A stretch of DNA of 64,000 bases. Origin: a virus. The notes beneath the pieces were generated by a model. It saw only the letters and a program-made list of their open reading frames with translations, was not told the origin of the DNA and made no database searches. Position 1 is the first letter of the stretch. Each line of letters begins with the position of its first letter. The position numbers and the translations under genes are program-made. Where the stretch lies: IMG/VR virus record IMGVR_UViG_3300032020_000845, positions 32,001-96,000 of that record; one strand, given 5' to 3'. Positions 58,701-64,000 of the stretch are shown in pieces.

Positions 58701-61375
58701 AGTTAAAGAAAGTTGAACAAGATTTAAAACAATTACAAGAAGAGAATATAAAAATTCATGAAGAAAGGAACAAGGCTTTTTATGACGGTCAAGAACCGAT
58801 TGAAGAAGGATTAAGTAAAAACTGGACTCCGGGAAATATTATTTTTAAGTTAATTGAGAGATACAAATATATAGACATATTGAGAAAAATTAAGCAAATA
58901 ATTAAGGATGAAAAAATTACTGGGGAGGAAGAAAAAGAATTAGAAGATATTTTGGAACCGAAATTAAGTGCTGAATTATCAACACTTTGGGCAATTTATA
59001 ATGGTACTATTTATATTGGGAAACAACTTGGGCTTCTAACACATTCAACTTGGTTTGAAGAAATAGGTCTTCCAAGTAGTGGTTATGAATTTGATAAAGC
59101 TGCTCGCGGTTATTATCTTCCTGATCCAAATATTATTTATTGTTATGAAAATATTGAATCTTGGAATGAATTAATTGATAATTTACCTAAATTAGTAGAA
59201 AAATTGCAAGCAGATTTAAATACTTTAAAAATTTATTTTGCTAAAGAAAATGATATTCCAAGAGTACTTAAATACAAAGACCTTTTTGTAAATGCTTCAA
59301 AATTAAGTATGAAGAAAGCTAAAATTTTTCCAGGAGGTTTATGGGCTATTTATAATGGAAAGATATATACTACTGACGAAGAAGATGAGCATGATAAATG
59401 GTTCGAAGATATAGGGTTGCCTTCATATGGTGAAGAATATGATAGTATTACTCGGGGTGATTATGATTCAACAGGGATATTATGGAATTTTGATACTGGT
59501 ACTTTTGAAGAATTTTCAGATAATCTTCCGAAATTATTAAAAATATTGGGGTTACCTAGTACCACTAATGTTATGGTTCCAAAATTAAGTATGAGAAAAG
59601 AGACTTCAGTTCCAAATCTAATTCTTGAACAATTAGATTATCCTCATTCTTGGCCTCAAAAAAAGAGAGACGATAAAAAGGAGAAAGATGAATCTATTGG
59701 TTTTGGTATATTTCAAGGGGACTATGATGAACTTTATGATGTTCTTGATTCTATTAGGGAAGAAATTGCAAACAACTTATGTATGAGAAAGACAGCACAA
59801 GATATTTCTGATCCTAATAAATTATCAATACAAGAACTTAAACAATTCTATGAATTAGAATTACAAGGATTACTTACTAATGAATTTGTGGATAATGTTC
59901 TTACTAAACTAATTTATGGACTGCAAATAGAAAAAGAAAGAGTATCAAAAGATCCTGAAATTACGGGATATGTAAAAAAAGATTTTATAGCAATAGCGGA
60001 TTTTTATATTAATGAGTTAGAAAAGGTTGCTACAAAAAGTTTAAACAAAAAAATTATTGAAATTGATCAAACAATACAAGCATTACACTTATCTTATGGG
60101 TTTGGAGTATTTCAAGGCGATCCAGATGAAATTTGGGAAACCCTTGATTTTATTGGAGAAACAGTTTGGACTAAATCTAAACCTTTAGAGTCAAATATTA
60201 GTTTGAATATGAAAAAGACAGCTGATCTTTCTGCTGCTCCTGCAATTTCTGATATGGAAGTTCCTGAAAATTGGGGAGTGCAAGATAAAACAAATATAAA
60301 ATTAAGACGAAAGAATCCTCCGAGACATGACAAGAATGATTCAATTGTGGAACAGAATATAGTTGATCCTCATATTGATATGGCTTCATTAAATATGAGA
60401 AAGAAAATAGGTCAGGAAAAGGAAGAAGGAATTCTGCCAAAACCTCAAGTTACAAAACAAGACTTAATAAAATTATATACTCAAGAAGCAAAAGGTATTT
60501 ACGACGAAGAACTAATGAATGAAGTTATTTCAAAATTTATACAAACTTTAGAAGAATGTGAAGAATTTTGGGGTGCTTGGATGCAAAAATTCGGAAAGAC
60601 TTTAATTTTAACATTACTACAAGCAAGAACTCCTCAAGAAAAAATGATTGCAATAGATAGAGTAATAAGTACCGTTCATGTCGATGGTGTATTTGGAGAA
60701 TATTTAATAATAGATGTAATTGGTGATAATTCCTTTTTTGATGAATTGCATAATTTAAAAATTAGTTCTTTGAATTTTAGAAAAAAAGCAAAAGAAACTA
60801 ATCTTGACAAAATTGACGAATATCTTTTTGAATTACTTGATGAAGTAAGTGATGGAACAGGTAAAGAAGAAATTACAATTGACGGAGAAACTTACTTAAT
60901 TCATTATGAAGGATGGAGTTCAGGATGTTTTCCTGAAAATTTGCCAGAAAAAGAATGGGAAGATTATGCTGCTGAACAATCAAACAAAGTTATTGACGAG
61001 TGGAAAGAAGAAGAAAAAAATAGATGGGACATAATTCCAGAATTGTCTGGGTACATTAGTGGAGGATTATATGGAAGGACATATACAGTTTTTCATTTGA
61101 AAAATAAAAAAGCAAATGTATTTTATAATAGAGAGAAAAAGGGATTTGAAGGACAACCAACAGACAAAAATTATTACAGCCCTTCTTTACTTTTACGAGA
61201 AGATTATGGAACTCCTGGACTTCCTTCAGAACCGGCAAAAGCAGAAGTAGCTGATTTAGGAGAAGACCAATGGGGAGAAAGTAATAAACTAAAGAAGAAA
61301 AAACTTAAAGAGTTAGAATTTCCAGATTTTAATATTCCTTACGGAGTGGAAGGTGGCGACATAAAACAAATTTAG
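55754..61375 (+). CDS. giant modular protein 4 with L-x-M-R-K linkers, LRV/HEAT-like repeats and a Pol-beta-type nucleotidyltransferase domain
   Basis: 1873 aa; about 10 linkers; NPxTPPExLxELAKD repeats; YTGSTA...SDIDIH. Confidence 0.82.
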   Translation: MTLFMRKKAGIETHEYRFKQFHNHKIPAYTFIGYQEIPSGGKMLMFNCNICESTLMLFPEEVKANIDRISGLLDDWEQVVSNIKKANEFTSIEKEFVLKFVKEFERMNDAKEIYEELVSDTFMFELTNHLEEDLGISKEDSNDFALAIYNRLYSDYRVFTEVPFQSVGSLRFENIKKNIDKVKISTKYRGPVVSILESIAPAVWSASGLKEAKDIIISTVSGSHIDEDDKQKILNNVDKINNLLELQKYIANSILFYEGMGTKLSMRKRSQIDKQLFFDFYGVSLLSDNYLEQNPYAKQYRNMIVQSIKDVYVPLITKMVYSELRKHTDRMYNWEDWIEEFNLKNVNSLTLEQLAQIYNEGVWVTEYGGPSWGSIVESLIQLKNTSDTNQLITVIDHINDIEHNTGLMFHDFPKVKKWFSDALETKAQATPEQLIPYLSSDLQKLVIEDLRLKGKEIISPEKYITRDEKFELAQNPSTPPEILAELAKDKDEFVRINVAGNPETPPEILVELAKDIDKYVRIRVAYNPNTPPESLVELAKDEDEEVRLYIKRNPSTPPETLAELSKNTLEWERPEIKEEESFNLSMRKTSISDQEIINNTIFYFTKERIDLPKTETYIYDYLLNQHPELSSWEIERLTQKVLNILPKPVLTKVHKTAKVFTMGTPDTFESGWAIYQGNIYINYGREEHHSQWFEKFGLPTSGKAFDELVRGYSEGGRIVWYGTGDYNEFADYLPELVNALGISDPTIQMIDYTTQEFKTLAMKKETSILDYPHKYLDSEIWDLSTDPPKLKKDIKSFIMNRFIDYLVKEGLNSPELWCKEFYYTGSTATHQYQKSSDIDIHIRVDWEAYKKTNLDKAKEDAEEMRKDLLKVFWNTLNKEYLPGTSHLLTYYILSEWEDVMTQTEEAYDIQKDVWIVPPQKIPETYDTEQKIDLLQEQANYIMEKLDVELGKTKRDFVDYKVLKELLGSYEGNKADIQRLVEEKLKKVEQDLKQLQEENIKIHEERNKAFYDGQEPIEEGLSKNWTPGNIIFKLIERYKYIDILRKIKQIIKDEKITGEEEKELEDILEPKLSAELSTLWAIYNGTIYIGKQLGLLTHSTWFEEIGLPSSGYEFDKAARGYYLPDPNIIYCYENIESWNELIDNLPKLVEKLQADLNTLKIYFAKENDIPRVLKYKDLFVNASKLSMKKAKIFPGGLWAIYNGKIYTTDEEDEHDKWFEDIGLPSYGEEYDSITRGDYDSTGILWNFDTGTFEEFSDNLPKLLKILGLPSTTNVMVPKLSMRKETSVPNLILEQLDYPHSWPQKKRDDKKEKDESIGFGIFQGDYDELYDVLDSIREEIANNLCMRKTAQDISDPNKLSIQELKQFYELELQGLLTNEFVDNVLTKLIYGLQIEKERVSKDPEITGYVKKDFIAIADFYINELEKVATKSLNKKIIEIDQTIQALHLSYGFGVFQGDPDEIWETLDFIGETVWTKSKPLESNISLNMKKTADLSAAPAISDMEVPENWGVQDKTNIKLRRKNPPRHDKNDSIVEQNIVDPHIDMASLNMRKKIGQEKEEGILPKPQVTKQDLIKLYTQEAKGIYDEELMNEVISKFIQTLEECEEFWGAWMQKFGKTLILTLLQARTPQEKMIAIDRVISTVHVDGVFGEYLIIDVIGDNSFFDELHNLKISSLNFRKKAKETNLDKIDEYLFELLDEVSDGTGKEEITIDGETYLIHYEGWSSGCFPENLPEKEWEDYAAEQSNKVIDEWKEEEKNRWDIIPELSGYISGGLYGRTYTVFHLKNKKANVFYNREKKGFEGQPTDKNYYSPSLLLREDYGTPGLPSEPAKAEVADLGEDQWGESNKLKKKKLKELEFPDFNIPYGVEGGDIKQI
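57160..57450 (+). repeat. four ~24-aa LRV/HEAT-like repeats
   Basis: NPSTPPEILAELAKD, NPETPPEILVELAKD, NPNTPPESLVELAKD, NPSTPPETLAELSK. Confidence 0.88.
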
Positions 61376-61421
61376 TTTTTATTGTAATTAGTGTATTTTA
61401 AAATAGATAGGAGGGATTAAA

Positions 61422-61682
61422 GTGATTACTTTTGTAGGGTTGAGTGGTATTATTTCTTCGTTATTGTTTTTAATTTATGGAATTCCGCAAATTGTAAAGT
61501 TATATAAGGTAAAGGATGCGAAGCAGTTTTCTGTATTGGCGTGGTTGTTGTTATCTGTGGCGATGTTTTTGGTGTGGATAAATATGTTATTTACGAAGGC
61601 AAATTTAGGTGTTATTTTACCATATACTGTTAATGCGATAGAAGTATTTTGGATCACTATATTGGTAATAAAATTTAGGTAA
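61422..61682 (+). CDS. PQ-loop/SemiSWEET-family membrane protein
   Basis: three hydrophobic helices; IPQIVKLYKVKDAKQFS. Confidence 0.78.
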   Translation: MITFVGLSGIISSLLFLIYGIPQIVKLYKVKDAKQFSVLAWLLLSVAMFLVWINMLFTKANLGVILPYTVNAIEVFWITILVIKFR

Positions 61683-61708
61683 GTATTTTAAAATAGGAAG
61701 GAGGATTA

Positions 61709-63073
61709 ATGATCAAATCTATTGAATGGACTGAAAAAGAAATTGTATTTGTAAAACAAAAAATTAAAGAAGAAGTCCACCCCATAGATTTTGTTGATGA
61801 TTTAAATAAGGAATTTAAAAATAATCGAACGGTAATTTCAATCACCATAAAGTTAGGTCGATTAGGTCTTTCCTATTCTCATTGTGAATCAAAGAAATCA
61901 AAATTATCTCGTGAAGAATTACAAAGTATAATTGAAAACGAAACTTCTGATATCCCCCCACAAAAAGTTGATCAGCTTGTTGAAAAGGATAGAGAAATAC
62001 AAAGATTAACAACACAATTAGCAATTGTTAATAGGAAATATCGCGTCGCTAACATAGCTTCAAATCTTCAAGAAAGTATCCTTAAAGTTCTTAGAGAAAC
62101 AGTTCCTGCATTGCCTATTGTTAGAGTTCCTCCGATTAAAAAATCCTTTAAAGTTGAAAGAACAAAAGAAACGGCTTTATTGCTTTTATCAGATTTACAC
62201 GGATGGGAAGTTGTTCGAGGTGTAGAAACCGGAGGAATAAATTCTTACAATTTTGAAGAAATGAAAAATAGATTAAAATATCTTGCAAACTCTATTATTG
62301 ATATAGCTCATAATAAGCTTCGTGGATATGTTTTTCCAAAGTTAGTTGTTGGTGGTTTGGGAGATTTTGTGTGTGGTACTATACATGAAGAATTGGTTGA
62401 ATCTGCTGAAAATACTCCAATTGAGTGGGCTGAAGGAACTGCTTTGATTGTTGCTCAATTTTTATTAGAATTAGCTCAAGTATTTCCAGAAATTGAATTT
62501 ACTGGGATTGTTGGTAATCATGGAAGAATGTCTAAAGAGATACGTTTTAAAAGAAGATATGTTAATTGGGATTATATAACTTACACTTTATTGGCTTTAT
62601 TATTAAGAAACCAAAAAAATATTAAGTTTAATTTACCCCGAAGTTTTTGGGCAATTCAGGAAATTGAAGGAAAGAATTTTTTGTTTTTACATGGTGACAA
62701 CATTAATAGTTGGGCAGGAATACCGTGGTATGGAATTCAAAGAATGGTATATAGACTCAGATCTTTACTTGCCTCGAAAGGAACTAAAATTGATTATGTA
62801 TGTTTGGGACATTTCCATAATGCGGGAACGTTAGACGATATTGATGGTGAAATTATTATAAATGGAAGTGTTATTGGAGCTAGCGAATATTCAATTGGTA
62901 AATTATTTCTTGGTACAAAAGCTAGACAATTTTTTGCTGGTGTTCATGAACATCATGGCTTGAGTTTTCGTTATAATCTTAAGTTGCAAGATATCCCAAA
63001 ATTAGAAAATTTGTATGTATATAATGATAATATATCCATAGTGGATCAGGCTGACGAAATTTTAGAGAAATAA
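61709..63073 (+). CDS. calcineurin-like metallophosphoesterase with N-terminal HTH and coiled coil
   Basis: LSDLH, LGD, GNHG, HGD and GHFH motifs. Confidence 0.85.
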   Translation: MIKSIEWTEKEIVFVKQKIKEEVHPIDFVDDLNKEFKNNRTVISITIKLGRLGLSYSHCESKKSKLSREELQSIIENETSDIPPQKVDQLVEKDREIQRLTTQLAIVNRKYRVANIASNLQESILKVLRETVPALPIVRVPPIKKSFKVERTKETALLLLSDLHGWEVVRGVETGGINSYNFEEMKNRLKYLANSIIDIAHNKLRGYVFPKLVVGGLGDFVCGTIHEELVESAENTPIEWAEGTALIVAQFLLELAQVFPEIEFTGIVGNHGRMSKEIRFKRRYVNWDYITYTLLALLLRNQKNIKFNLPRSFWAIQEIEGKNFLFLHGDNINSWAGIPWYGIQRMVYRLRSLLASKGTKIDYVCLGHFHNAGTLDDIDGEIIINGSVIGASEYSIGKLFLGTKARQFFAGVHEHHGLSFRYNLKLQDIPKLENLYVYNDNISIVDQADEILEK

Positions 63074-63088
63074 GTTTAGGAGGATACT

Positions 63089-63997
63089 ATGGCAAATAAA
63101 CATATTGAAATAAAACACAAAGAAATTTTATATCCTTCTGTGCTTGTTAAAACTTCAAAGGCGGGAGGAAGCGGAACTGTAGTTTATTCCAAACCTATTA
63201 GTAAAGGTTCAGAAGAGTATGAAACTTATGTTTTAACAAATTGGCATGTGGTGGAGGCTGCTATTGCTGTAAAACGAGAATGGGATCCATTACTTTCGAA
63301 AGATGTTAAAAAGGAAACGAGAGCAACTGTTACCGTAGAGTTTTATAGGTATAAAAATCTTAGCTGTAACATTGGAAGAACTGCAGTAGAAGCGGATATT
63401 GTTGCCTATGATAAAGATCAAGACATTGCTTTAGTTAAACTAAGATCCGCGGAACCTGTAAAATATGTAGCACGATTACATCCAAAAGATGTTAAAAATA
63501 TTCACATTTTTGATACTGTATATATTTGTGGGTGCAGTTTAGGGCATTCTCCTATTCCTACTAATGGAGAAATTACTTCAATGGATGATGAAATTGATAA
63601 TTACAAATATTGGATGAGTAATGGACAAATTATATACGGTAATTCAGGTGGAGGAGTTTACCTTGTTAAAACTATTATAGTTGACGCCCAAAAAGAAAAA
63701 GAAGAAGAGTTTTTCGAATTCATAGGGATTCCAAGTAGAATTGAAGTTATTGGTTGGGGAGATAGTATAACGCACATGGGGTATTTTATTCCAATTGGTA
63801 GAATTTATGATTGGCTGGAGGAGGAGATGTTTCAGTTCATTTTTGACTCTAAATTTACTTCAACGCAATGCGAAAAAATGAGAGATAAAAGAAAAGAGGA
63901 GGCCCGTAAAGCATTTGAAAGGCGTGAAAGAAAAGCTGAAGAAGATTCTGGTTTAGATGAAATAGAAAATAAAGAAGAAGATGAAAATGAAGAATAA
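63089..63997 (+). CDS. trypsin-like (S1) serine protease
   Basis: GSG, LTNWHVV (His), DIALV (Asp), GNSGGG (Ser); no signal peptide; acidic C-terminal tail. Confidence 0.9.
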   Translation: MANKHIEIKHKEILYPSVLVKTSKAGGSGTVVYSKPISKGSEEYETYVLTNWHVVEAAIAVKREWDPLLSKDVKKETRATVTVEFYRYKNLSCNIGRTAVEADIVAYDKDQDIALVKLRSAEPVKYVARLHPKDVKNIHIFDTVYICGCSLGHSPIPTNGEITSMDDEIDNYKYWMSNGQIIYGNSGGGVYLVKTIIVDAQKEKEEEFFEFIGIPSRIEVIGWGDSITHMGYFIPIGRIYDWLEEEMFQFIFDSKFTSTQCEKMRDKRKEEARKAFERRERKAEEDSGLDEIENKEEDENEE

Positions 63998-64000
63998 TTT

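Noticed and set aside
51318-61375. The 'MRK' linkers as true internal start codons of separate small genes
   Set aside because: There are no in-frame stops, no Shine-Dalgarno sequences upstream although this genome uses strong ones, and Met is replaced by F, I, L or V in several copies.
38627-61375. Giant ORFs as tape-measure, tail-fibre or virion RNA polymerase genes
   Set aside because: They lack the Ala/Gly-rich periodicity of tape measures, fibre-type repeats and a visible DxDGD polymerase motif; they are acidic mosaics of small domains.
1-64000. Minus-strand ORFs in the supplied track
   Set aside because: All are short, lie antisense to well-supported + strand genes and have no recognisable motifs; they are shadow ORFs.
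1-64000. Stop-codon reassignment (alternative genetic code)
   Set aside because: Conserved genes are full length in the standard code, and TAA, TAG and TGA all end genes cleanly.
1-64000. CRISPR array, tRNA or rRNA genes
   Set aside because: I saw no regularly spaced repeats with unique spacers and no cloverleaf or rRNA-like sequence; intergenic gaps are short. tRNAscan and Infernal were not run.

Overview
This is a 64 kb segment of a large, AT-rich dsDNA tailed-phage genome. All credible genes are on the + strand, tightly packed and read in the standard code. The first ~38.4 kb covers DNA metabolism: two DNA methyltransferases, a DnaC-like loader, DnaB helicase, a primase split into two genes 25 kb apart, a sigma factor, and a 7-deazaguanine cluster (queD, folE2, queE, queC plus a phosphoribosyltransferase, DUF366 and RNase HII). 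It also holds dUTPase, dockerin lipoproteins, a UDG-PolA fusion, an NMP-kinase-like gene next to a TGT/DpdA-fold gene, RecA, an SSB-like protein, split SbcC/Rad50 with SbcD and an AAA+ ATPase. From ~38.4 kb on, the packaging region has a probable TerS and an intein-containing TerL flanked by four giant acidic proteins (967, 1393, 1479 and 1873 aa). These four are strings of small, partly duplicated domains separated by a recurring short basic linker: '(KE)AS-x-KTA' in the first pair and 'L-[SN]-M-R-K-x-[AS]' in the second. The best candidate for a new system is that these are modular, protease-processed polyproteins carrying head or injected cargo; a trypsin-like protease is encoded downstream. 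The second candidate is a 7-deazaguanine pathway acting at the nucleotide-pool level. All assignments come from reading motifs by eye; no database search was run.
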